Source of the DNA: Nemertoderma westbladi
Taxonomy: Eukaryota; Animalia; Xenacoelomorpha
Direction of reading: 5' to 3'
Length of the DNA: 64,000 bases
Assembly: GCA_032718475.1 (NCBI GenBank)
Contig: JAUCBJ010004767.1
Location: 1 to 64,000 of the forward strand
Positions 12,406-24,640 of this stretch are shown in pieces. Both the position numbers and the translations under genes were made by a program. The stretch's first letter is position 1. Every line of letters starts with the position of its first letter. The notes under the pieces are model-generated. The model was given only the letters and a program-made list of their open reading frames with translations. It was not told the origin of the DNA and did no database searches.

Positions 12406-14943
12406 ATGGCTCAAGAAAGTTTTACACGCCAAATGGCTAGAACCGAAGCCCGACAAGCGGTAAAGGTTGGAGAGATCGTCAAGTTCAATGGAGATGAGAT
12501 GAAATGGTTACCTTTTAATGAATATTACAAAGATAACATACAGAACTCTGTACTATCTAATGGAGAGAAACTTAGATTCCTCATCGAGTGCTTGGAAGGA
12601 TCTCCCAAGTTAATGGCGTTAAAGTTTATTGGACATCCAGACGGATTAAGACAAGTTTGGGATACACTAAACATCAGGTATGGTAATAGGAATAACATAG
12701 CTGGGTATTTGTATGCAAAGTTGGTAGCGCCCCGAAAGTTTATTAGCAACGGGATTATAGAGTTTTCCGATGAAATTCAGGAGATCTGCAGACAATTAGA
12801 TTGGCTAGGTAAGTCTCATGAGTATCAGAGTGATATGGTTATTAGAGCAGTGGCTTCTACTTTACCGAAGGGTGGAGTAGGTACACGCTGGGATAAGAAA
12901 GTGTTATATATGATGGAACAACAACGACGAGACCCTACCATGGCTGATCTCATGTCATTCTTAGATGGAGAAGTGAAATTACAGCTCCTAAGGCAGTCCA
13001 GAGAGAAAGACACTGAAAGATCTTATGTCAATAAAACGCCTAAAGACCAGGTAAGTAAATTCAAGTCTCTAACCAATGACAGGAGAGAACAGGTAAGAAA
13101 AACTCCTCCTACGTCTCCCAAGAGAATTCAGGTGAGAAAGCCCGAGGAAAGAACGAACGTGCACCACACAGCACATGTTAAAGTAAGTAACATCAAGCCC
13201 AAATGTGTGCTGTGCGACGGGCCCCACCGTTTAAATGCATGTGATAAATTCTTAAAGAAATCATTAAAAGAGAGACGGGAAGTCATGTGGGATAAGCGGT
13301 TGTGTTATAATTGCCTCAGACGAGGACACCAACGGCGAACCTGTTACTCCGACGCAAGGTGTGCAAAGTGCGGTGCAAAACATCATATCTTGTTGCACAC
13401 TGAATTCGAACGAAGCAGCCCGAGTCAGGTGAGTGATTCCGAACTACATGTCCAATTCAGTGATGTGAACGACACTGATCAATCTGAGATGGAAGGATTC
13501 TATACGGACGAGTTCTCCGACCAAAACGAATCCTGTTACTTAATAAACACCACCGCAGTGTATCGAGCACTCATGTATGAGAAAGACACAGACAGCGACC
13601 TCACCCTAACTACTTCAGATCAACAACAATCTTGGAAAGCGCCAACTTCAAATGTAGGAATCCGAGAATTTCCTGTAGTCCAGTTACGGGTCCACAGACC
13701 TCAGAAGAGCTATATAGTGAACGCCCTCCTGGACTCCGGCAGCACAGGAACATTCATCGATAAAGAACTAGCCAAAGACATCTTTGCTGGACAACCCAAG
13801 TTCCGAACCAAGCTAAACATGTCAGGGATCATGCAGGTTTGGAAATCTGCTGTGGCTGCCGACTATTATATAGGTGAGTTGTCCACTCCACAGGATAAAC
13901 TAGGAGAACACAGTATAAGGTCAGTCAAAATGGTGGCAATAAAGAACTTCGCTACCACCCAAGTGGAACCTTATAATTGGGACGAAGATGATCATGCCCA
14001 ACAACTTAACATCCCTAGATTCGACACCGATTATCCTGGAGTACAAATATTAATCGGTCAAAACGCGCATGAGGCGCTGGAGACATTGGAGAAACGACCT
14101 GCTCAACCGCAACCACTTCAGACCTATGCGGTAAGAACTAGAGTAGGTTGGTTCCTTACTGGACCTTCCCGAAGAACGCTCAGAGAAAGACTGCTTCAAG
14201 ATCGCGTCTGCCAGGTGAGTGAATGGGAAGATGATACTAGTGAGGGAGACGACCCAACTGAGGGAATACCATACTCCTCAGATAATGACGATATTAGCTC
14301 CAATGTAGATCAATGGAGATATTGCCCCAAGAAGTTTAATCCAACTGACATCGCTTCCAGAGGAGCAACTCCTCAAGAACTGACAGATACTACAGACCGG
14401 TTAGGTGAACCCGACTTCCTGAGTAAGGAGGATGAATGGCCTCCCCATCTTACTCCGACTGAGATTAGACCAGCCAAGGGAGCGGAGAAAGTCAAACCTA
14501 AAACCCGGACGGGTGGATCGGAGTTATTTGAACCCGGGATAGATCTGTCGGTATTACATATTGCCAGGGACGACGCCGTGGATCTGGACCTCCCCACCGC
14601 GAGTGGATCCTTCATGAAGATCAGAGAGAGCGATTGGAGCTCTGGAACATCAGACGTCTCGCAGGGACTCTCACCTCTCCTGCAGGGAGCGACAGACCAC
14701 TATAGCTCCTGGAATCGGCTTTGTAAGGCCGTCGTGTACTTAGAGCGATGTTTCTATCGTCACTATTCCAGGACGAAGAGGAAACCTGGAATTGTATTCG
14801 GGATGCAGCGACTCAATCACCCAGCTGGTCGTTTGTGTTTACCGGAAGGGAATGGAGGACTCTCCGGAAACTGTGGAAGGCAAGATTCTCTTCCCACGAC
14901 CACCTCCCTAATCCTTCAAACATCTAGGGACTCCATAACGTAA
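12406..14943 (+). CDS. Element A Gag (capsid, triple Cys/His knuckles) + aspartic protease + pol remnants
   Basis: KFNGD..W..F capsid start; CVLCDGPHRLNAC, CYNCLRRGHQRRTC and CAKCGAKHHILLH; protease LLDSGS; remnants WRYCP..NPTDIASRG and YSSWNRL. No RT or integrase core. Confidence 0.88.
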   Translation: MAQESFTRQMARTEARQAVKVGEIVKFNGDEMKWLPFNEYYKDNIQNSVLSNGEKLRFLIECLEGSPKLMALKFIGHPDGLRQVWDTLNIRYGNRNNIAGYLYAKLVAPRKFISNGIIEFSDEIQEICRQLDWLGKSHEYQSDMVIRAVASTLPKGGVGTRWDKKVLYMMEQQRRDPTMADLMSFLDGEVKLQLLRQSREKDTERSYVNKTPKDQVSKFKSLTNDRREQVRKTPPTSPKRIQVRKPEERTNVHHTAHVKVSNIKPKCVLCDGPHRLNACDKFLKKSLKERREVMWDKRLCYNCLRRGHQRRTCYSDARCAKCGAKHHILLHTEFERSSPSQVSDSELHVQFSDVNDTDQSEMEGFYTDEFSDQNESCYLINTTAVYRALMYEKDTDSDLTLTTSDQQQSWKAPTSNVGIREFPVVQLRVHRPQKSYIVNALLDSGSTGTFIDKELAKDIFAGQPKFRTKLNMSGIMQVWKSAVAADYYIGELSTPQDKLGEHSIRSVKMVAIKNFATTQVEPYNWDEDDHAQQLNIPRFDTDYPGVQILIGQNAHEALETLEKRPAQPQPLQTYAVRTRVGWFLTGPSRRTLRERLLQDRVCQVSEWEDDTSEGDDPTEGIPYSSDNDDISSNVDQWRYCPKKFNPTDIASRGATPQELTDTTDRLGEPDFLSKEDEWPPHLTPTEIRPAKGAEKVKPKTRTGGSELFEPGIDLSVLHIARDDAVDLDLPTASGSFMKIRESDWSSGTSDVSQGLSPLLQGATDHYSSWNRLCKAVVYLERCFYRHYSRTKRKPGIVFGMQRLNHPAGRLCLPEGNGGLSGNCGRQDSLPTTTSLILQTSRDSIT

Positions 14944-15263
14944 CAACATATGGAGTGGGTGTGTGACTCTATTATTTTATATTATTTTAGTATTTTTATA
15001 TTTATGTATGTATTACTATGTAATTTTATTATAATCGTTTTATTTAATTTAGTAGAATCTTATTTAGCGATTATTTAGTAGAATAGTGCAATATATTCGT
15101 GTTTATTGCGTACGTAATTACTTATATTATATTTAGTGCGACGGCGAGAAATAATTCTTTTCCTCCTTCCTTACTGTCCGTATTACATTACAAATACGTA
15201 ACTACAGTAAGATGAAATGTCCGTACTTATTAAAGTACAATAAAGCCACTACTATATTCAAGT

Positions 15264-17162
15264 TATTGGAAGAGACGGTAACAATACCTGCAATATCCTA
15301 CTGTAAAGTTTGTGAATCAAATCATAAATCCGACCTTCTCACCAAAACAGTAAACTCTAAGTAAGCGAATATATTGCAGTATCGATCTCTTATAACCGGT
15401 GAGGCAGAAAACAGTCTACGAGCAGACAAACTTCGATAAAACAAAAATCCCGCGCAGCGAATCCTAAAATCAGGCTGACTCACTGACGGACTAAGGGGCT
15501 CGTATACTTTGCCGCGGTGTGATTTATATGGTTGGGCAAAGAGACGCTAGCTAGGTACAGAGGCAGAGATTTGGAGATGTCTAACTAGCGGGCAAAAGCA
15601 CAGTACGGACAAAAGTTAATTTTATATATTTTGAGGTGTAAATAATTTCTAACGCGCGTGTGTTAATTCTGAACGGTCAAAAGCAGTTTTGCTCCTTCAC
15701 ATATATAATTACTGGGTACGGTGTGCATTTTACGAATATTCTAATTTTGTAACTTGTAGGTCCAATACTCACGAATGATAAGGTTCCTTCCCCTCTTGCG
15801 TATTTCCAGGACTCAAATTCAGGCATAAGGTTAATGCTACGCCCAGAATTCGGCAATTTTAGGTACCAGGTCCCTGATACTAAGAAGAGATGTGTTAGTT
15901 TACTACAGTAGGCGTACAGTTACTAATAGCTATCCTGGCTCTTATCTGGAATTTTAGTCACCTAGGTAGGCTGGGTAACTTCCTATCAGGACGTTGGCGG
16001 GGACACGGTAGATGTTAGTATATCCCTAATAGCCTCAATTTATTTGCGCCTAGTTGTAAACTGCCCTACCGCCTGAACGGTACAATCCCAATTCAGGTGA
16101 AAACACAGCAACCCTCCTAGCCTACAAGTTCTAATGCAATGGACACCATTGTACTGCAAATAGTCGCAAACGCACCTGTACTTAGCAAGAGTTAGGCGTA
16201 CAGTTTGCTGCACCCTACCAATTTGTATGCTGCGTACCGGTGTGCCTACGTCCTATCTGCGTACTAGTATCTGCCTGCTCCCCCCCCCCCCCCCCCGTAG
16301 GAATGTGAAGGTCTACTGTGGTTTTTCCTGAATCAAGACAGTACAGTCCCTAAGATGTAATTTTAGGCTCACAGCGTGTCACTACTTCTACCTTTTGATC
16401 TTTGGTCTTACGCTTAGGTAGCAAGGCGTCGAACGCTGTCTAACCTTTCAGGCGATGGGCGAATAACTCAAGATGGTATTGCGGGTTGTCTCTTGTCTAC
16501 ATTCCCGTGATGTTCCCGTTCATTGCTGCGGCCCGATCTCTAGCCGGCCATCCTGTCCTTAGCTGGGTTCACCGTAGTGAATCATGGTGAAAGAAAAGCA
16601 GATAGCGGTATTTCTGAATTTATTGCAGATAATAATACAAAATGTAATCTGAATACTAATAACAGAATAAACAAATATCAGATAACTCAGAATAATTGAA
16701 TATAGAGATAGATTAAGATTGATAACTAATGAACAAATCGCACCTTTATATAGCAAATTTGTGCTGCAATCAATCGAGAAAATTCTCGATTGTTCTATAG
16801 GTTCTAACAGGTTTTTAAAGATAGCTATTGGTCCAGCTAATATATAACTTGCACGACATTGGTTACAATCAAATAACTACAGTCTCATTGGTACAGACAA
16901 ATGCAATTAATTTGTAGCGGTCAATTTAAATGAGTTGAAATTCTGCACAAAAAATAATTCGCACTTACTAGGATTCGAACTCAATACCTACTACACATAT
17001 AATTTCCAACGCTCTACCGACTGAGCTACTGAACCACTTGACCAATAGGCGTACAAATGATAGAACAAATACGAATGAGAACTCAAAGCAATCTTTTACA
17101 AAGTTAATTCGAATAAAATAAAATTTTGAAAATCCACGGCATTTAGAGAATATAATTCTATA
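15264..17162 (-). repeat. Element B 3' LTR (1899 bp)
   Basis: Direct repeat of 29827-31722. Preceded on the minus strand by PPT-like gttttcatggagcgg (17163-17177). Confidence 0.95.
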
Positions 17163-17369
17163 CCGCTCCATGAAAACAGGATATTATCGTGCATAAAATA
17201 TACGGTTTTCACCAATAATCAATCAAACTATAGAATACTTAGGGCGTACTTACATATATTTACAATTAAATTTCAAACAATACTTCCTTTCTACGTAATG
17301 ATTCGATACAAAATAATTACAAATTCAAACTTTACGTATTTAAGGCTTTATTAAGTAAGTACAATATAA

Positions 17370-17820
17370 ATCTAAATTAAATTCACCAATATAAATCTAT
17401 TGCATCTCAATATTGCATAAATTCAAACAATTACAAATACAAATAAATGAAAACAACAAGAAAGGCTCGCGAGTCTTCCATCTACTATTGCTTTCTATTT
17501 CACTGTAAATACAAATACTGCTTATAAGATATAAATTGCATAATATTCGGAACAATATAAATTGCATAAGTTCGGAATAATCACAAATATAAAATATAAA
17601 TTCTTACTAAATATAAATCTTTACTAAATATAAATATAAACTGCATAAGTTTAGAATAATATAAACTCCTTTGCATCTCAAATATGAAACATAAATCTTT
17701 CAAATATAAGTTCCTTCTAAATATAAACTTTCTAAATTTCATAAATTCAGAACAATACAAATTGCTTAAGTTCGGAATAAACACAAATATAAATATAAAT
17801 TCAAATAAATCACAAATCAC
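17370..17820. repeat. Degenerate AT-rich tandem repeats in the element B 3' UTR
   Basis: Recurrent aatataaattgcataagttcggaa-like units. Confidence 0.7.
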
Positions 17821-17877
17821 AAGAAAGGCTCACGAGTCTTCCGTCCACCCTTGCCCTCCCTTTTATCGCTTAGTGGA

Positions 17878-19601
17878 TCAAGCCCTGCCGCGTCCTCGAA
17901 AACTGCGCACAGGTGACTTTGCTCGCGATATGGGACTTGTGGGGCGAGTCACTGGTTTCGTTTGGACGTTGAGAGACGGTGCGACTATTTCCTCGCAAAT
18001 TCGTCTATTTAGCATCCCAAAACCTCGACCGATTCCTCGTGACCGATCAGTTGTCACTACAGTTGGTAGAACGTCTGGGAACGCGCGAGAAGCGGACGAC
18101 GCAGACCCAAGAGTAGCTTGCGCCCCCTTTTGATCAGCTGGTGTGTGTCCCGATCCTCCTGTTGGTTCTCTAGGAAGCGATACCGTATCCCGAGTTATTC
18201 GAATGGTCGGCTCGACTCCCTTGCGTTCTTCTATATTAATAGACTTCTTAAACTGTCGGCCCACTTTCTGGACCCGTATGATCCTACCCTGTCCGTCCTC
18301 CCGAGGGTGACGTGCAGACGGCGCAACCGGGGTGGCTGGTATATTCGTCGCCTCTAGGACCTCCTCTTCCTCGAATACGCTCGCTCGTATACGTTTGTGG
18401 TAAAACGCGGCTCGGTACGCCCATGCGACGGTTAACCAAGCTCCTTTATTCCGCTTTTCAGTTCGGAAACGATCGAATTCACCATACGTGATGCGATTAA
18501 CGACTTTCTGAAAATTCCACGTGTTTTTGTTATCCGGGTGAATCTGTAGTAGATACTCGCGCACTACTCGGAATCCACTGTCGTGGGGCAAAATATCGAC
18601 TACCTCGATAAGTTCGTCATATTGGGGCATAGCGGAGATGTATCCTTCCGACATCATCGTTTGAGGATTTACCGCCCAAAATCCAAGATGCGCCCTCATC
18701 GGAAATCGTCTTCTTTGTGCCGATACATGTTCGTCGGCTAAATCTTCCCACTCATCAAATAATTTTCTCACGAGTTTTACAGATTCGTGTTCATAGGGTA
18801 TGTCTCTTAGTTGGCATTCAGATGCTCGATGCCCTTTTATATTGCAATAAGTACATTGAGCCATAAATCTCCAGCAAGTATAAAAGGTATGAGACCCTTG
18901 ATCCCCACACCATCCACAGATTAGCTGAGTCGTAGTAATGTGCTTTCCACTGCACTTTGTCATATGATGTCCAGCGACGCCACATTTACTACACATCGTA
19001 TTAGCAGGGTACCACACTCGTTCGTATATAAGATCCCCAATCGGTCGAGCGCTTCCTCCCACACTATAATCGTAATCATCTGGGTCTATGGGTTGGTAGG
19101 TTTCTGAAGGTTGTATACAAACTATAGCATCTGTTGCTTCAAGTTGTCGAATCTCCGTCTGAGATTTCTTCGGGAGGTTCCTTTTTATCTCAAGAAGTTC
19201 CTCTAAAGGATCGTCGGCGATCGTAGTAGTTACTTCGAAATCATCACCAAGGTGACCGATAGGCGCGCGCGTCTGCCGTGATTCATCCGTAATCTCCACG
19301 ATACGTTCTCCTTCATAGGGTAACAATGTAAACATAGATGGTCTTTCGATAAGAGATCCCGCACAGCGAATATACACGTCTCGAAATATACTAAATCCTG
19401 CTCGAGTAAAGGCATTACACTGAGCGTCGGAGTTGTAGAAGGGTTGTCATATTTAGTCTTTGCGAGTTTCGCTGTACTTTCCGATAATTCCTTTATACCG
19501 AATATAGTGTAGTCCTTGGCTCCAAATCTTTCGAATGGCGCTGCTGCCTCCTCTTGGATATCATATCCCCATCTCGGCTCTCCTTGTATCCCTTTCTCCA
19601 T
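17878..19601 (-). CDS. Element B accessory ORF downstream of pol with three CCHC-type zinc knuckles (499-aa ORF plus an overlapping 123-aa ORF, probably one frameshifted gene)
   Basis: CSKCGVAGHHMTKC, CGWCGDQGSHTFYTC and CTYCNIKGHRASEC; Arg-rich C-terminus; no hydrophobic transmembrane segment. Confidence 0.75.
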
Positions 19602-20264
19602 AATTAGAGGTGTAGTTACATAATCATTGCTACTAGAGGGAATACAACAGAGTTTGTAGTTAGTTGTGAGGAGACGTGAGAGTTTCGTCTGCCCTTTTGG
19701 CTCAACAACGCTCTAACCTCCTACCCATAGCCTAAGATCTAGGGTTTCTTTAATGACACGCTGCTTCTTATCTAAAATTTTTTGCCGAAATAAAAAACGA
19801 ATTTGGGCTAAACTGGCTGTGAGTCTAAAATACTCACTTTTTGATCCCAAACTATTATCAGAAAATAAGCAGTCAAGAATTAGTAATAAATATAGGGGAG
19901 TCTATTTATTGACGTAACTTATTGAAACAAGACCGTGTAAGATTTAATTAAAATTTTAAGAAAGGCTCGCAAGTCTTCCTCTCTTGTTTCTCTAATTTTA
20001 AGTTCCACTCGACTGTACCCTGAAATCTATTCACTGGAGAAAATTTTTAAAAATTTTTCAAATCCAAATGGATTGTCTAAAATTTCGAAAATGTCTCAAT
20101 ATTGTGAGTTCCAAGTAGAATTCCATTTCTTATACCTACAAATCCTGCTCCTATGTGACACATAAGGGTACTACCCTCAATGTTCACATACAAAGACAAT
20201 GGAATTCTACCGCTGTCCTTACTACGGTGTACAGGTACGTGGAAATCTATTTGTAAACTCCTAA

Positions 20265-21772
20265 TTATTTACTAATATTAGGTGGAGATTTGTAGTCTCC
20301 AGACTCGTTACGAGTCTCTTCAAGAAGTACGAGACGTTGAGTCGGTCTGTCAACTGTACGACCGTCAATTGTCCGTACTGTCACAGTTCTTGTCACTCCA
20401 TCCATAGATGGATGTGTGGCTAAAATTACACCTGTTATCCAGAAGCGTCTTTTTAGATTCACTTCCGCTAACAGCACGTGATCTCCCGGCTTTAATGCGC
20501 GGGTGTTATTGTACCAAGTTGTTCTGGCAGAAATAGAGGGCAAATAATGGTTTTGCCATATTTCCCAGAATTTGTTAGCTAGTAGTTGCGTGATTTTCCA
20601 CGCTTTTCTACCGTAGCTATCGCTTTCTATTGGAATAGAAATAGGCGTCAAAGTGGTCGGTGCCTGCATTAGCAGGTGTGCCGGTGTCAAAGCGAACTGA
20701 GATTGTTTGTCATCGGGTACTAATACATTGGTCTAGTATTTAGTATTGCCTCGATTTCAACAAACAGTGTTGTCAGTTGGTCGTCTGTCAATATGTGGTT
20801 TACTGGAATGACCTTTGCCATTGCCGTCTTTATAGATCTAATCAATCTCTCCCAGACTCCGCCTCTCCATGGACTATCTGGAGGATTAAACTTCCAAACA
20901 ATCTTGTGAGGTTGTAGTTCGTTCGAGATTTGATCATGATCTAGTTTCTTAAAGGCTCTAGCAATCTCATTTCGAGCACCAACAAAGTTTGTCCCTTGGT
21001 CTGAGTACAAGCATTTCACTAGTCCGCGTCTAGCGATAAATCGCCGCAATGCTAGTATAAACGCGTTGGTGGAAAGATCCATCACACGTTCAATATGGAC
21101 TGCCCTACTGGACATACATGTGAAAATCAGTCCCCAGCGTTTTACTAGTATACGTCCACGTTTCGTATGTATGGGACCAAAGCAATCAATTCCAGTCTCT
21201 GTAAAAGGTGGTCTGAATGCTTGAAGTCGTGCTTGTGGAAGTTCACTCATTTCTTGGGTACCTATTCTAGAATGTACCTTTTTACAAATAATACACGTAC
21301 GTGTCACTGAACTTAACGCTTTACTGGGTCTAATTAATACAAATCTTGTACGTAAGTAGGAAAGACAGTGGTGTCTTCCAGCGTGTTTCAGATGTAAATG
21401 TGCGTCCAGTATCATTGCACGTTGTAGTTCGTGGTGTTGCGGTATTATTATTGGGTATCTAAAGTTTGTGTTAAAGTCAATGTTTTGAAGCCGAGATTTA
21501 TGACAAATTAAGCCATTATAAATTATCGGACTCCAACTCAGTATTGGTGACGACTTGATTGGTTGACCTTGATTTATAGATGTGAATTCGCGCGCGAAAT
21601 ATCGCAGTTGGTAATGGCGAATTAATTTAATCTCACACCTGTCAATCTCAGCCAATGTAAGTCGACGTGTAAAGTCACGTTTGCCTTTAACGTATTGTAC
21701 AAAACGTACAATCCACGCTAATTTTCGGCAAGCGTTTGACCAAGAGTCTGTTAGGTTTACAATACGGTCGAC
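20265..21772 (-). pseudogene. Element B integrase, frameshifted near 20725
   Basis: HLHLKHAG..CIIC zinc finger; GIDCFGP, YSDQGTNF and GGVWERL (DDE core); C-terminal LTPAHLL..FWEIW..YLP..RPTQRL in another frame. Confidence 0.93.
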
Positions 21773-24640
21773 TTAAGTATTTGTGACGTCATCAGGTAAG
21801 TCAATGGAGATTTTGGAAGGTTTTGATTTACTAGAAGGGCCCACGGGTCCGCCGGTAAGTATTCCCTTGTTGACTGTTGATCCGTCCGGGTCTACAAGTA
21901 ATTTGTCCTTCTTCGTCTTCTTACCTTGATTGTCAGTACTTTGTAAGTCGATCGTTAATGGTGGTTTGAACTCTATGGGGTCAGTGGGTTTCGGTAAACT
22001 TATTTTTCTGCCGACATTAATCCCGGGTCTCACCATAGGTTGCAAGTTTGGTATGTCTCTTGAGCGCAAAGTAACGCCTGTATTTACATTAGCGTAGGTA
22101 CTACCCACATCTGTAATACATGAGGTTTCACTGTGCTTATGGTCGCTCAAGTGTGTCAAAATTGGTAGTTTGTCAATACAAGGCCGCTCCAATAGGGAAA
22201 CTGCGGCTTTACTATTTGTCAATATGTCACTAGTGTCTGGTAGAACATTTTGTGACATGTCTGGTAAAATGTTTCGCGGAACATCCGGCGAAATATCTAG
22301 TGACGTGTCTGGCAAAACGTCTGGTTGACCGTCTAGTAACGTGTCTGGCGATACGTCTGGTAACGTATCTGGTTGTTTGTCAATAGAAGGCCGCTCCAAT
22401 AGGGAAACTGCGGCTTTACTGTTTGTCAATATGTCACTAGTGTCTGGTAGAACATTTTGTGATATGTCTGGCAAAATGTCTGGTTGGCTGTCTAGTAACG
22501 TGTCTGTTGGACCGTCTGGCGATATGTCTGGTGTAGAAAGGCTCGCAAGTCTTCCTCTCTTTACCTTTGAAGTTATATCTTTCCATTTCGCCTTCGGTTT
22601 TTTCTTGAGTTTTGCCGCCGTCGTCTTTTTCTTTGCCTTCCCCTTTTTTGGTTTCTTGATTTCGGCGTCCTTAGGGATGGTGTTAGACTTGTTGTCGTAT
22701 AACGGGGGCCAATCTTGTGTCGATTTCTGCAAGAATTGGGGTCCGTGTTGCCAAAATTCTTTGTTTTCCGGTTTACAGAATTCCTCAGGCATCATTCCTC
22801 ACGACGCAATATCGGCTGGGTTTTGTGGTCCGGGACAATGTCGCCAATCCTCTTTTATTGAACGGTCTAGAATTTCTGCGCGACGGTTAGCTACGAATGT
22901 CTTGAATTCAAGTGTGTCGTTATTTATGTAAAATAAAACCAACGTCGCGTCAGTCCAATAAAATATCTGTAAACTTGACTGTAGTTCTGTCTGTATAAGG
23001 TTTACGATGGTGGTTGACAGTGTTGCGGCTTGTAGCTCAGCTCGTGGTGTCGTCATATACTTAGTAGGCATTGTTTTTGCCTTGGAAGTAATGAGCGAAA
23101 CATCGAATTCTTCTGAGTCTACTTGTCTGCGCAAGTACGCTGCTACACCAAAACCGTTGTCACTGGCGTCAGAAAAACAATGTAGTTCCAAGTTGTCAGG
23201 AAATGTAGTTTGTAATGGAAAGTAGACTCTGGGTATGGAATAATCCTCTAGCGAAGATAATTCCGCCTCCCAGGTCTTCCATAAGTCCACTTGGTCTGAT
23301 GAGATCGGCTCGTCCCATGTCAGTCCATCCTTCCAAATACTGCGCATATAAATGCGGGCTTGCAGTATTACTGGACTGATGAATCCTAATGGATCGAAGA
23401 ATCGGCTCAATTTTGACAAGCATGATCTCTTTGTCAGTGTGTTCTCTTGACTGTCCAGTCTCACCTTCACTCGAAAGTTGTCCGTGTTTGGGTCCCAAAA
23501 GAGCCCCAACACCTTGGTCGTCGGTAGTGGTTCGAACTCTAGGTCTATGTCACCACCTCCACGCTCAGTCGTTCCGAATGAGTCTACTAATTCGGCACTG
23601 TTTGAGGCGAATTTGGTGAGGTTGAAACCTCCGCCCGCTAAGCAGTCCCGTAATTGATGTGCTACTGTTGTAGCACGTTCTACTGTGTCGCAACTCTGTA
23701 AGCCGTCGTCGACGTAAAAGTCACGCTCCACAATCCTAATTATCTCTGGGTCATACAGGTGTTTCTGATCCCTAGCGGCTTGTTTTAGGGCGTACATCGT
23801 GCAGTTTGGGCTGTCCCTGGCACCGAAAACGCGAACTTGCATTTGGTAAGTCGCCGGTGGTAGACTTAAGTCTCCTTCCGGGTACCAGAGGAACCGCAAA
23901 CTGTCTCTGTCTCGCTCTAACGCTCTCACTTGGTGAAACATCGCTTCAACGTCGCAAGTAAAAGCTACTTGACGCTGACGGAAGCGCATAATCACCCCCA
24001 TAAGATAATTATTCATGTTTGGTCCATCCATCAACTCGCTATTGAGGGACATTCCCTCAAACAGAGCCGCACAGTCATTGACTACACGTACTTTGTCTGG
24101 TTTGTCGGGGTGTCTCACGTAGTGATGTGGCAAGTAGTACGTCTGGTCAGTCACTATCTCTGGGTTAGTCATCCGGATAGCGTATCCCTTGGTCAAATAC
24201 GTCTCCATCTGAGTGTTGTACTGTAGATGGGCTTTCTCGTCCTTTAATAGACGTTGTCGGATTGAGTGTAGACGTCTTAAAGCTAGTGGGTAGTTATTTA
24301 TAAGTTTAGGACTTTGGCTACGCCATAACATCCCCACCTCATAATGTCCGTCTTTCGTCTGGCGGATAGTATCTTCCATGATCCTCAAAGATTGTTTCTC
24401 CTGTTCCGACATACATGGTTCGTAGCTACCAGGTTCAGCTGTATCTTGTTCTAACCACCTGATAGTCTTCTCCGTTAATTCTTTGTCCAATACAGCTTGT
24501 TCCAATTGATGATTTCTCAACGCGTCATCATCGATATCGACGGGCGTTGTTGAGGTTGTTGGGGTAGGTAGACTCGCAAGCCTTCCGGCGTTATCATCTG
24601 TCGTCGTTGGAATCTCTAGCTGACTCGTCTTCTCCCCAAG
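21773..24640 (-). pseudogene. Element B reverse transcriptase + RNase H + expanded linker, with in-frame stops
   Basis: YYLPHH, KVRVVND, DVEAMFHQV, FGARDSP, DFYVDD; FSDAS, PRAELQAA, WTDA, NPADIAS*G. Stops at 22799 and 21773. Linker carries a duplicated PDxSQNVLPDTSDILTNSKAAVSLLERP. Confidence 0.93.

Noticed and set aside
17878-19377. env gene
   Set aside because: No signal peptide, fusion peptide or transmembrane anchor.
20301-20317. AGACTCG-TTA-CGAGTCT as a tenth copy of the 20-mer
   Set aside because: Different spacing and flanks; may be chance.
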